NCBI GenBank assembly: GCA_963842945.1
Contig: CAWJIM010000023.1
Location: 384,001-448,000, forward strand
DNA: 64,000 nt
Reading direction: 5' to 3'
From: an uncultured Gemmatimonadales bacterium
GTDB lineage: Bacteria > Gemmatimonadota > Gemmatimonadetes > Gemmatimonadales > GWC2-71-9
Shown: piece by piece, positions 51,052 through 60,850 of the stretch
How positions within the stretch are numbered: the stretch's first letter is position 1
How the letters are laid out: each line of letters starts with the position of its first letter
Notes under the pieces: generated by a model
The model's database searches: none
What the model was told of the DNA's origin: nothing
The model's input: the letters and a program-made list of their open reading frames with translations, nothing else
Translations under genes and position numbers: made by a program

Positions 51052-51261
51052 GCGACTTCTCCCAATGTGGTGAACGAGGCCGTACCCCTACTGCTGCGGT
51101 TGCCCCCGGATTTCTCAACCCCGCAGGCAGGCACAGCCGCAAGTCCCGGACCAACGTGGGCTAACTCACAGCGATATCGTATCGTAATGAGCGACATGTG
51201 CAGGAGCAAGGGAACGGTACGGGCTCCCAAGGGAGGTCACCTTGGATCGGGAGCCGGACCC

Positions 51262-51365
51262 TAGGTGCTCCTGCGGGAGGCTCATCGCCGAGGCCAAGAG
51301 CAATGGTTTGCCCCAAATCGCCTGACCAACCTCAGGCGCCTGCGGCTACGCCGCTTGATCCAGGC
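51262..51365 (+). pseudogene. Remnant duplicate of the 5' end of the downstream ligase gene
   Basis: *VLLREAHRRGQEQWFAPNRLTNLRRLRLRRLI aligns without gaps to WYLYNAALRRGAEQWSSPARLRQLRAHRLRRLA. Confidence 0.6.
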
Positions 51366-51419
51366 TCCTGAGGTGGACTTGGCGCACGAAACCGGCTGGT
51401 CTAATTTTGTGCTATCTCA

Positions 51420-52715
51420 ATATCCAATCTCTGGTACCTGTACAATGCTGCCCTGCGCCGCGGGGCCGAGCAGTGGAGCTCGCCGGCGCGTCTGAGGCAG
51501 CTTCGTGCTCACCGGCTTCGCCGCCTGGCGACGCGGGCCTCGAAGGTTCCCTACTACCAGGACGCCTTTGCCCAGGCCGGCGTTCGGCTGGATGATTTCC
51601 ACGATGAAGCGGTGCTTCAACAGCTCCCCTTCCTGACCAAGGCCATCCTGCAGGAACAGTTCGATCGTGCCGGCCTGACGAACGAAGCAGGCTTCGAGGT
51701 GGTGACCTCCGGCTCCACCGGTGAGCCGCACCGGGTTTTTCGCACGGACCGCGACCAGGCCGAAATTTCCGCGGTCTGGGATCGGCTGTTTGTGGCTTTC
51801 GGGCGTCGCCGGTGGGATAGACAGGTAAACATCGGGAGCGGCCGGCCGATTGGAAAGCAGGGACCGGTGGCGATGCTGCGCCATTTGGGTGTCCTTCCTC
51901 CGCTGCACCAGCTCTCCAGCTTCGACCCGCCCAAACAGCAGATCGATCTCCTCCGGCGGGTGCGGCCCCACATGATCAGCTCGTACGCCGTTGCTCTCGA
52001 GGATCTATCCGAAGCCGTGCTCGAGGCTGGCGTACGCGATATACAGCCGCGGCTGGTCTACAGCAGCGCGATGGCCCTGAGTGACCGATGTCGCCGGCTC
52101 TGTAAGGAAGCTTTCGGAGTGCGTCCGCTGGACGTGTACGCCACGGTGGAAATCGGTCCGGTGGCGTGGGAGTGTCCCCATCGCCCGGGGGCACTCCATC
52201 TCAACGACGATGTGCAGATCGTTGAGGTGGTCGATGTGGATGGGCAGTCGCTTCCCGATGGGGCGGTGGGCGAAATTGTGATCACCCAGCTGAACTGCTT
52301 TGCCCAGCCGCTGATCCGCTATCGGATCGGAGATCTAGGTTACAGGATTCCCGGACGTTGCTCCTGCGGCCGAGGTCTTGGGCTGATGGGACCGGTAGCC
52401 GGACGAACCAAGCATACGATTCGCACCGCCGATGGCCGGATGCTCAACTCGGCCGTGGTAGGCTCCTGTATTTCGCCGTTCCGGGAGGTGCGCCGCTGGC
52501 AGGCCCGACAGCTCGCGGCTGATGCGTTGCGAGTCCTCCTGGTTCCGACCGGGGAGTGGAGCGACAGCAGTCTCGAACAGATTCGCCTGAGTCTCCAGGC
52601 CAAGCTGGGTGGGAGTCTGGAGGTCGACCTCGAGCTGGTCAGCGAAATTCCGCTCGCACCGAATGGAAAGGTCCAAACCATCGTCCCATTCGACGGCTAC
52701 TTCACGAGCTCCTGA
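51420..52715 (+). CDS. Phenylacetate-CoA ligase (PaaK/CapK)-family protein; start codon unclear
   Basis: VPYY, LPFLTK, TSGSTG, YATVE, PLIRYRIGD, GR, NGK; frame open well upstream of 51612. Confidence 0.85.
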   Translation: MSNLWYLYNAALRRGAEQWSSPARLRQLRAHRLRRLATRASKVPYYQDAFAQAGVRLDDFHDEAVLQQLPFLTKAILQEQFDRAGLTNEAGFEVVTSGSTGEPHRVFRTDRDQAEISAVWDRLFVAFGRRRWDRQVNIGSGRPIGKQGPVAMLRHLGVLPPLHQLSSFDPPKQQIDLLRRVRPHMISSYAVALEDLSEAVLEAGVRDIQPRLVYSSAMALSDRCRRLCKEAFGVRPLDVYATVEIGPVAWECPHRPGALHLNDDVQIVEVVDVDGQSLPDGAVGEIVITQLNCFAQPLIRYRIGDLGYRIPGRCSCGRGLGLMGPVAGRTKHTIRTADGRMLNSAVVGSCISPFREVRRWQARQLAADALRVLLVPTGEWSDSSLEQIRLSLQAKLGGSLEVDLELVSEIPLAPNGKVQTIVPFDGYFTSS

Positions 52716-53137
52716 ATCCGGCTGGCGATCGCCTTCCGAAGGCGCTGGTTTCGGGTGATCACCAGGACGGTATCGTCGCCGGCGATGGTGCCGATGATCT
52801 CAGTCCAACCAGCCTGATCGAGAGCCTCGGTTATCGCCCCCGCTGAACCACTTGCCGTCTTCAATATCAAAAAGGGCCCCACCCCGTCGACGCTGACCAA
52901 CAACGTCGGGAGAACCTGACCCAGCTCCGGACGCACCGCACCCCGATGGGGGTGGGTGTAATACGCGCCTCCAGAATCGGCCAGCTTGGCCAAGCCCAGC
53001 TCTCGGATATCCCGAGAGAGCGTCGCCTGGGTGACCAGGATGCCGACTGAGGCCAGAGCCTCCTTCAGCTCGTCCTGACTCTCGATCCGGCGTTCGCGGA
53101 TGACCCGCAGGATTGCCGCCTGCCGCTGGGTTTTCAT
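52697..53137 (-). CDS. argR: Arginine repressor
   Basis: SQDEL, TQATLSRDIRELG, GTIAGDDT. Confidence 0.95.
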   Translation of the reverse strand: MKTQRQAAILRVIRERRIESQDELKEALASVGILVTQATLSRDIRELGLAKLADSGGAYYTHPHRGAVRPELGQVLPTLLVSVDGVGPFLILKTASGSAGAITEALDQAGWTEIIGTIAGDDTVLVITRNQRLRKAIASRIQELVK

Positions 53138-54369
53138 TCGGAGCGGTGCACCTCCATTCCACCCACGTACGTTCGCAGTACGTCATCCGGCGAGCTGGCC
53201 AGAACTCGTTCCGCTGGAGTCTCACCGGTGTCAGCCACTCTGATCACGGTGCAATCGGCCCATTTTCCCGGTTCGAGGCTCCCCACCTCGGCCTGCAGAT
53301 TGAGCGCTCGAGCACCCTCAATCGTGCAAAGCCCCAGCTGCTGATCGGCCGTGAGTGCCGCATCCTTGCCCGCCATTCGCGCCTCGGCCAGCAGATCGAG
53401 GCGGCCCACGCTGACGACCGAGTCTGTGCCCAAGCCGACCCGTACACTGGCCGCAAGCATGGACGTAATCGGGGCTGTGCCGTGGCCGTGCGCCCGGTTG
53501 GAGATCGGGCAATGCGCCACGGCCGCGCCGGAGTCGGCCAGGACCCGAATGTCTGCCGGCCCGAGTTGCACCGCGTGGATGCAGAGGGTCAGCGGAGAAA
53601 GTACGCCACGCTTTGCCAACCAGGCTATCGGGCTCATTCCCCGTGAGGGCGGAAGCGGAATATTCCGCTCTCGCCACGCCTGAGCGAAAGGCCCGGAGCC
53701 CGCCAGCAGAAATTCGGTTTCTTCGGTCGACTCGGCGGCGTGCACGGCCAGAGGAAGGCGCTCCTGTTGCGACCATGCCGCCACCGAGCTGAAAAGGCCG
53801 GCGCTCACGGTGTACGGGGCGTGGGGAGACACTCCAATCCGGAGTCGGGGCGAGGTCAGGCTCGAGAGCTCCTGGACCCGACGTTGGAGACCGGCCAGGC
53901 TTTCCTCCGCCTGAGAGGGATCTGGGCCAAAAACCTCCTGGTACGCGATGCCTGAGCCGCCTGCCTCGGCAAGCACCCGGACCACGGCACCCGAATCTCC
54001 GGTGTCGGCGATCGTGGTAACACCGCCTGCGTAGCAGTCGGCCAGGCCCTGCCGGGCAGCCCGCAGGTAATCGTCGGACGTGCGGGTGGTCTTGAGCTGC
54101 CGCAAACTTCGGATCCAGGCCGGAAACTCAGGGGCGGTAACCTGGCCTTCGAAGCCGGTGAGCTCCAGGTGTGTGTGGGTGTTGATCAGGCCGGGAAGGA
54201 GTGCAGCGTCGGGAAAATCGAAGGCCGGCACAGCGGGGGGCCGGGGTACTGCGCGGTCAGGACCAATCGACTGAATCCGGCCGTCGGCACCGACCAGGAC
54301 TGCGCCACGCTCGATCGGCGCACCGGCCATGGGAAGGACCCAGCCCGCGGCTATCCGCCGCTGGCGCAC
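53134..54369 (-). CDS. Metal-dependent amidohydrolase (MTA/SAH-deaminase-like)
   Basis: PGLINTHTH, SPHAPYT, HAAES, GLGTDS, GSLEPGKWAD. Confidence 0.9.
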   Translation of the reverse strand: MRQRRIAAGWVLPMAGAPIERGAVLVGADGRIQSIGPDRAVPRPPAVPAFDFPDAALLPGLINTHTHLELTGFEGQVTAPEFPAWIRSLRQLKTTRTSDDYLRAARQGLADCYAGGVTTIADTGDSGAVVRVLAEAGGSGIAYQEVFGPDPSQAEESLAGLQRRVQELSSLTSPRLRIGVSPHAPYTVSAGLFSSVAAWSQQERLPLAVHAAESTEETEFLLAGSGPFAQAWRERNIPLPPSRGMSPIAWLAKRGVLSPLTLCIHAVQLGPADIRVLADSGAAVAHCPISNRAHGHGTAPITSMLAASVRVGLGTDSVVSVGRLDLLAEARMAGKDAALTADQQLGLCTIEGARALNLQAEVGSLEPGKWADCTVIRVADTGETPAERVLASSPDDVLRTYVGGMEVHRSE

Positions 54370-54370
54370 C

Positions 54371-56770
54371 TCAGCGCGGGGGATTGGGAACTGGCCCAGC
54401 TCCCCCCATAACTCCTGCCGTACCGCCACTCGTCGCTGTGCCGCCATTGGGAGGCGGCGGACCCGGCGAGCCGGCCGGCGGCGCGGCTGGAACCGTTCCC
54501 GCCGCTGGCGCCGCATCCGGGCCGCTCCCCCCCATCACCCCGCCCATGGAGCCGAAGGGAGAGTGCACCGGACAGAATGCCGTCGGCTCAGTGCCCGGAA
54601 TGAAGGACTCGATGTAGTGAACGTCCTTGGGGCAGAACGGTGTCGCCTTGTAACCGGTGGTCTTGTCCACGTCCAGGGCGGTCAGTCCCGCCGGCCGCGA
54701 CCACGCTGCAGGTATGCTCCGCCGCTCGTACACCTCGCGCATCATGGCGGTCCAGGCCGGTGCCGCCAGGACGCCCCCCTGCGCGTTGCCCTTGATCTTC
54801 TGCGGCTGATCGAAGCCGATCCACACTCCGGTCACCATTTCCGGGGTGAAGCCGATGAACCAGACGTCGAATCCGTCGTTGGTGGTTCCGGTCTTGCCGC
54901 CAGCCGGGAAATTGATCCGGGAGCCGACCGACCCCACGGCAGTGCCGTGGCGGACCACGTCGCGCAGCGCATCGGTCATGAGCCAGGCGTGCAGGGTATC
55001 CATGACGGCTGCTGTACGGATTGTCGGCTGCCAGATGATCTTGCCGCTCCGGTCTTCGATCCGGAGTATCCCGTTGGGCATGGTGCGGGTGCCCAGGTTG
55101 GCAAAGGTGGTGTAGGCCGCGATCATCTCCAGGGGGATCACGTCGGCCGAGCCGATGTGAATCGACGGGAACGCCGGGACCCGGGTGGTGAGCCCGAACT
55201 TCTGCGCCTCGGCTATGACCGCCTGCTCTCCTACCTCCATGCCCAGCTTGATCGCAATGATGTTCCGCGAGAGGTAAAGCGCTCGCCGGAGCGTCATCGG
55301 ACCATCGAACTCGAGGTCGTAGTTCTGTGGCGCCCAGGGTGGCTGGGCGGGGTCGAGCTCTACGCTGAGGGGATCGTCTACCATGACATGGGAGAGGGGA
55401 TAACCCGCCTCCAGCGCGGCGGAGTAGACGATGGGTTTGAAGGTGGAGCCAGGCTGACGCAGCGCCTGGGTAGCCCGGTTGAACTTGCTGTCCTCGAAGT
55501 CCCGCCCGCCTACCATAGCCCGGATGTAGCCGGTCTTGGCCTCGAGGGTGACGACCAGACCCTGGAGATAAGGACTGGGACTCCGGCTGTTGTTGTCGGT
55601 GTTGTCGCTCTTGGACTCGAGATACTGACGGTAGGTATCGTGAGGAAATTTCCCGTCGGCACCGCTCTCGATGGCCTCCAGCCGGGCCTCGAGCGCACGC
55701 TCGGCGGCTTGCTGGATGTCAAGATCCAGCGTGGTGTAGATCCGGTAGCCCGAGGTATACAGATCCCGGCCGAATCGAGCCTCGAGCTGCTGCCGTACGT
55801 ACTCCACGAAGTATTCCGCCACGCCGCTGTAATCGGAGTGCGACGACAGGAGCAGGGGGTAGGCCTTCCACCGCTCCGCCTCTTCCGTGTTCAACAGCCC
55901 GCTGTCCCGCAGCAGGTTCACCACGGTATTGCGGCGCTGAACGTTGGCGTTGGGATTCCGCCGAGGGTTGTAGCGGGAAGGAGCTTTGGGGATGGCCGCC
56001 AGCGTTGCGGCCTCCGCGACATTCAGCTCCCGAACCGACTTCCCGAAGTAGCGCTGCGAAGCTGCCTCGACTCCATAGGCGCCATTTCCCAGGGGAATCT
56101 GGTTCAGGTAAATCTCGAGGATCTTGTCCTTGGGATATTTGCGCTCGATCTCCCGGGCGACGTGCGCTTCTCTCAGCTTCCGGGTAACCGACTTGTCCCG
56201 CCCACTGATGTCTTCGTCCCAAATGTTGCGGGCCAGCTGCATCGTGATGGTGGAGAACCCTTCGGCAAAGCGCAGCTGAAAGATGTTGGTCTTGATGGCC
56301 CCAAAGACCCGGTACCAGTCGATCCCGTGGTGCTGGTAGAACCGCTTGTCTTCCGTCGCCAGGAAAGCGGCCTTCACATAGGGCGACATCTCTCCCAGCG
56401 GGATGACGGTTCGCCGCTCCAGCCCCAGGTCGGTGATGAGCCGTCCGTCTGCGGCATAGACCTTGGATGCCTGATTCGGGTCATAGCCACCCAGCTCGTC
56501 GATCGACGGACAGGTATTCCCCGCACAGGCGCGGCTCCAGGCCGCGGCCAGGAATGCCAATCCAAAGGCAAAGATGGCGAGCAACCCGACGAGGATGTTC
56601 CGCCGGGCTCGAGGAGACAGCCGCATCCCCTTGAGCGATTTCCAAGGCGAGCCTCCGGACTTCACCGGCGGGCGTCCGAAGCGCCGGAACGGAGGTTCCC
56701 GGGTTGGCGCTGGGTCGACGTGCCGATCGAATGGATCCAGAGGGTCAGGCGGATCCTGGGGGTGGGTCAT
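54371..56770 (-). CDS. Class A penicillin-binding protein (PBP1A family)
   Basis: EDKRFYQHHG, GFSTITMQL, RKLRE, GSTFK, SRN, KTGT. Confidence 0.96.
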   Translation of the reverse strand: MTHPQDPPDPLDPFDRHVDPAPTREPPFRRFGRPPVKSGGSPWKSLKGMRLSPRARRNILVGLLAIFAFGLAFLAAAWSRACAGNTCPSIDELGGYDPNQASKVYAADGRLITDLGLERRTVIPLGEMSPYVKAAFLATEDKRFYQHHGIDWYRVFGAIKTNIFQLRFAEGFSTITMQLARNIWDEDISGRDKSVTRKLREAHVAREIERKYPKDKILEIYLNQIPLGNGAYGVEAASQRYFGKSVRELNVAEAATLAAIPKAPSRYNPRRNPNANVQRRNTVVNLLRDSGLLNTEEAERWKAYPLLLSSHSDYSGVAEYFVEYVRQQLEARFGRDLYTSGYRIYTTLDLDIQQAAERALEARLEAIESGADGKFPHDTYRQYLESKSDNTDNNSRSPSPYLQGLVVTLEAKTGYIRAMVGGRDFEDSKFNRATQALRQPGSTFKPIVYSAALEAGYPLSHVMVDDPLSVELDPAQPPWAPQNYDLEFDGPMTLRRALYLSRNIIAIKLGMEVGEQAVIAEAQKFGLTTRVPAFPSIHIGSADVIPLEMIAAYTTFANLGTRTMPNGILRIEDRSGKIIWQPTIRTAAVMDTLHAWLMTDALRDVVRHGTAVGSVGSRINFPAGGKTGTTNDGFDVWFIGFTPEMVTGVWIGFDQPQKIKGNAQGGVLAAPAWTAMMREVYERRSIPAAWSRPAGLTALDVDKTTGYKATPFCPKDVHYIESFIPGTEPTAFCPVHSPFGSMGGVMGGSGPDAAPAAGTVPAAPPAGSPGPPPPNGGTATSGGTAGVMGGAGPVPNPPR

Positions 56771-56825
56771 ACGCGCAAGCTAGCCAATTGCTATGCTCGA
56801 TTCCAGCGGGTACCATGAACGTCCT

Positions 56826-58094
56826 ATGAACGAACTGCTCAAAACTTTGACGGCGCGGGGGCTGCTGCAGGACGCCACGGCCGGGCTGGAGCAGCGACTG
56901 GAGCAGGGACCGCTTACGGCGTATGTCGGCCTGGACCCTACGGCCGATTCGCTTCACGTGGGCAGCCTGGTTCCCATTATCGGCGCAGCCTGGCTCCAGC
57001 GTTACGGCCATACGCCGATTGTGCTGGTGGGTGGGGGAACCGGCATGATCGGCGATCCCAGTGGGAAGCGGTCCGAGCGGCCGATTCTGCCGATAGAGGA
57101 GATCGATCGGAATGCCGAAGCCATTCGGCGCCAGGTGAGCCGCTTTCTCGATTTCGACGGCGCGGAACGGACCGCGGCGCGGCTGAGGAACAATGCCGAA
57201 TGGCTTCGGCCCCTCGGCTTGATGGAGTTTCTCCGCGACACCGGTAAGCACCTGACCCTTGGCTTCATGCTGCAGAAGGAGAGCGTCCGAAGCCGATTGG
57301 AGACCGGGATCAGCTACACCGAATTCAGCTACATGGTCATTCAGGCCTACGACTTCTGGCACCTGTTCCGGACCGAGCGCTGCGAGCTGCAGATCGGCGG
57401 CAGCGACCAGTGGGGCAACATCACCGCCGGTATCGAGCTGATCGGCAAACGCGACGGCCGGCAGGCTTACGGTCTGGTGTTTCCGCTGATCACCAACACC
57501 TCGGGCAGCAAGTTCGGAAAGAGTGAGGCGGGGAATGTCTGGCTCGATCCGTCCAAAACCAGCCCGTACCAGTTTTATCAATTCTGGATCAACACCGACG
57601 ACCGGGATGTCGAACGCTATCTCAAGCTCTTCACTTTCCTGCCCCTCGATGAGATCTCGGCAGTGATGTCAGCCCAGGCCGCAGATCCAGGCAAGCGGCC
57701 AGCCCAACGCAAGCTGGGATTCGATGTCACTCAGCGGGTGCATGGAAAGGATGCTGCAGATGAGGCGGTCCGTACCAGCGCGGCTTTATTCGAGGGGAGG
57801 GCTCAACCGGGACTGGACGGACTGCTCCCCGAAATGCCGACTCGACAAGTCTCCCGTTCCGCCCTGGGCGGAAGAATGCCAGTGCTCGATCTGCTGGTTG
57901 CCAGTGGTCTGGCCAGCTCGAAGGCCGATGCCCGCCGAGGCATCCAGGGAAAAGGCTTCTATCTCAACGACGAGCCGATCGAAGCCGTGGATCTCCACCT
58001 GGCCGACGAGCAGTTGCGGGGCCCGCCTGAGAGCCGATTCGTAATTCTCCGAAAGGGAAAGAAGAACTACGTCAGGCTGGTGCTGCTGCCCTGA
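56826..58094 (+). CDS. tyrS: Tyrosine--tRNA ligase
   Basis: DPTADSLHVGS, QIGGSDQWGN, KFGKS, S4-like C-terminus. Confidence 0.97.
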   Translation: MNELLKTLTARGLLQDATAGLEQRLEQGPLTAYVGLDPTADSLHVGSLVPIIGAAWLQRYGHTPIVLVGGGTGMIGDPSGKRSERPILPIEEIDRNAEAIRRQVSRFLDFDGAERTAARLRNNAEWLRPLGLMEFLRDTGKHLTLGFMLQKESVRSRLETGISYTEFSYMVIQAYDFWHLFRTERCELQIGGSDQWGNITAGIELIGKRDGRQAYGLVFPLITNTSGSKFGKSEAGNVWLDPSKTSPYQFYQFWINTDDRDVERYLKLFTFLPLDEISAVMSAQAADPGKRPAQRKLGFDVTQRVHGKDAADEAVRTSAALFEGRAQPGLDGLLPEMPTRQVSRSALGGRMPVLDLLVASGLASSKADARRGIQGKGFYLNDEPIEAVDLHLADEQLRGPPESRFVILRKGKKNYVRLVLLP

Positions 58095-59308
58095 GTAGAC
58101 CGTCCAGCATCTGCACGAACCGCAGGTTCAGCTGCTGAATGTCATCCCGTTCCACCCGCCTTCTGGCGGCGGTCACCATCGGTAGCCAGACGTCGGCTCG
58201 AGCAGCCAGCGTTCGAACCCGGTCGGCGATAGCAGCGGCATCGTGTTCGGGAACGAGGTAGCCGGTAACGCCGTCCTCGATCAGCTCCGGAATACCGCTG
58301 TGCAACGATCCGATCACCGGGAGACCAGCCGCCATCCCCTCCCGGAGCACGTTGGGAATCCCTTCCTGATCACCATCGGCGGCCGTGACGCACGGGGCGA
58401 GTAGCACGTCGGCCGCATCCAGGGCTGCCTGCACCTGAGCCTGGGTCTGCCACCCCGAGAAGCGGACCCGCGATTGAAGCCCGAGCTGTTCTGCTTCGAG
58501 TTGGAGGCGTGGCTTGAGTGGGCCGTCGCCCACGATCTCGTAGCCCACTTCCAGCCCCGCGTTCCTCAGTTTATTGACTGCCTGCAGCACGTAGGAAATA
58601 CCCTTCTTCTCGACCAATCGCCCAACCGTGATCAGCCGGAGCGCCCCGGGGGGCGAGCTCGGGGGCGAAAGGGGAATCGGGTCAGGTTGATGCCGGTGTG
58701 ATGCACCACGACTTTATGCGACGGGCAGCCCAAGCTCCGCAGCCGAGCCGCAAAGGCATCGCATACCGGCAGAAACAGCTCTCCTTCGCGGAACACCTTG
58801 CGATACACCTCGGCTCCTCGTTGCGCGAGATAGCGCGAGAAGTCGGACCCGCGAAAGGCCGTGACCAGCTTCCCCCTCAGCAGCCCAGTTTGCGGTACCG
58901 GAGACTTCTTCGAGCGTCCTGCGCAAACGGGCAGTAGCAGATGTCGTAGGATTGCTGAGGTAGAAAGGGCGCCGTTCGTCGAAGCTGATCCAGAGATGTA
59001 GCGCGACGCCAAAAGACGAGCGGATTCAAGGTGCGCAACAGGGTCGCCCGATCTTGGCCGCGGTGGCGCCGGATCAGGCGAAAGACTTCGCGCCATCGCT
59101 CGATCGGTGCAGTGGGAAGCTGAATCGGATAACGGGTCCGGTCGAGCAATCCGAGTCGCGCAATGTCCGGGTGGGCCGGAACCCCCGGCTGGGGCTGGTC
59201 GGCGTAGATGTCGACCTCATGGCCCAGCTCGACCAGACCGGTGACCTGGTTGAGAAATGGCGTTTCCCAGAGCACTGGGAAAAGTCCGGTGAGAACCGCA
59301 ATGCGCAC
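58072..59308 (-). CDS. GT4 glycosyltransferase, WcaL-like; two frameshifts (~58880, ~58645)
   Basis: FPVLWETPFLNQ, TAFRGSD, VEKKG, DGDQEGIPNVL. Confidence 0.85.
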
Positions 59309-59311
59309 CGG

Positions 59312-60850
59312 TTACCAGCGGCTTTGGCGGCGCGTACTCTGTCGAGGGGGTTTGGCGCCGAGCAGGCCGAACAGTCCGCGAACCACTTCGCGGATTACCG
59401 TTCGGCCCGCCGTCGAGGACACTACGTCGCCCGCCACTTCGGCCATGCTCTTCTCGGCGGATCCACGGCGCGGGGCTGTGTCCGGCGTCGACTCCGCCGG
59501 CGACGTTCGGGCCAAACGAGCGGCGAGCATCTCGCGTGCACTCTCTCGATCGACCGGCTTCCCGTACTCGGCCAAAAGATCCGATTGCCGGATGTCGGCC
59601 TGGAGCTCCTCCGGGGTGAGCGGCGCCATGCGTGAAGCCGGCGGAATGAGCCGGGTGGCCACCACCGGGCTCGGTACGCCGCGGCGGTCGAGCACCGTCA
59701 CCACCGCCTCACCGATGCCGAGTGACGTCAGCGTTTGCGCGAGATCGTAGAATGATGTCTTGGGGAAGGTACGCACCGCAGCCTTGAGCGCCTGTTCGTC
59801 GTCAGGCGTGTGCGCCCGCAGTGCGTGCTGCACCCGGTTTCCCAGCTGGGCCAAGACGTCCTGCGGTACGTCTTTCGGGGTCTGGGTGACAAAGAACACG
59901 CCAACTCCCTTCGACCGGATCAGCCTCACCACCTGTTCGACCTGATCGAGAAAGGCTCTGGGTGCTTCCTCGAAGAGGAGATGGGCCTCATCGAAGAAGA
60001 AGACCAGCTTCGGCCGCGGAAGGTCGCCCACCTCAGGCAGGTTGTGGTACAGCTCCGCCAGCAGCCACATCATGAAGGTCGAGAACAACCGGGGTTTGTC
60101 GGCCACATCGGGCAGCTCCAGGCAGGTCACGATCCCCCGCCCTTCCGACGTGGTCCGCAGCATGTCTTTGACATCGAACTCCGGCTCGCCGAAGAACTGT
60201 CCCGCGCCCTGGGCTTCGAGCTCCACCATCTTCCTGAGCAGTACGCCGACTGTTGCCGCCGACATTCCACCATACTGATCCAGCGCCGACTTTCCGGTAT
60301 CCGAAGCGAGAAACTGGAGCAGGGAGCGCAAATCGGGGAAATCCAGCAGCGGGAGATGATTGTCGTCGGCGTAGCGGAAGACCATGGTGAGCACGCTGGT
60401 CTGGGTCTCGTTCAGCGAGAGCACCTTGCCCAGCAACAGTGGCCCGAACGAGCTGACCGTCGCCCGAAGTTGCACGCCGAGTCTGCCGGTAAGGCTCACG
60501 AACTCCACCGGCACACCTTCGGGCTTCCAGTCCCACCCGGTGTCCGCCGCGCGTGCTCGAATCCGTTCGTCAGCGACGCCTGGCGTGGCTAGTCCGGACA
60601 GATCGCCCTTCATGTCGGCCACGAAGACCGGAACCCCCTGCCGGGACAGTTGCTCGGTGAGCAGCTGCAGAGTCTTGGTCTTGCCGGTTCCGGTCGCACC
60701 GGCGATCAGGCCGTGGCGGGTAACCATGGCCAGCGGCAATCGGATCTTTGGCTGCTGGTGTATCCGGGTCCCCTCCAGCGCCGCGCCGAGGGTCAGACCC
60801 GGCTCATCGCCGCCGTACCCATCCTTCAACATGTCGGTAAATGCAGTCAT
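59312..60850 (-). CDS. DUF853 / HerA-like ATPase
   Basis: RHGLIAGATGTGKT, FFDEAH, RLIRSKGVG, LGNRVQHALRA. Confidence 0.92.
   Translation of the reverse strand: MTAFTDMLKDGYGGDEPGLTLGAALEGTRIHQQPKIRLPLAMVTRHGLIAGATGTGKTKTLQLLTEQLSRQGVPVFVADMKGDLSGLATPGVADERIRARAADTGWDWKPEGVPVEFVSLTGRLGVQLRATVSSFGPLLLGKVLSLNETQTSVLTMVFRYADDNHLPLLDFPDLRSLLQFLASDTGKSALDQYGGMSAATVGVLLRKMVELEAQGAGQFFGEPEFDVKDMLRTTSEGRGIVTCLELPDVADKPRLFSTFMMWLLAELYHNLPEVGDLPRPKLVFFFDEAHLLFEEAPRAFLDQVEQVVRLIRSKGVGVFFVTQTPKDVPQDVLAQLGNRVQHALRAHTPDDEQALKAAVRTFPKTSFYDLAQTLTSLGIGEAVVTVLDRRGVPSPVVATRLIPPASRMAPLTPEELQADIRQSDLLAEYGKPVDRESAREMLAARLARTSPAESTPDTAPRRGSAEKSMAEVAGDVVSSTAGRTVIREVVRGLFGLLGAKPPRQSTRRQSRW

Noticed and set aside
54329..56818. 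829-aa plus-strand ORF and other long antisense ORFs
   Set aside because: Shadow frames of real genes in GC-rich DNA; no recognisable motifs
12182..59308. Frameshifts in FDH, NYN, HK, sigma-54 RR, REC-GGDEF, three GT4s and DUF2264 as programmed frameshifting or mass pseudogenisation
   Set aside because: Single-base indels, several in short G/C runs (e.g. ~19962, ~23366, ~30316), no shared slippery motif and intact motifs on both sides; most consistent with consensus sequencing error
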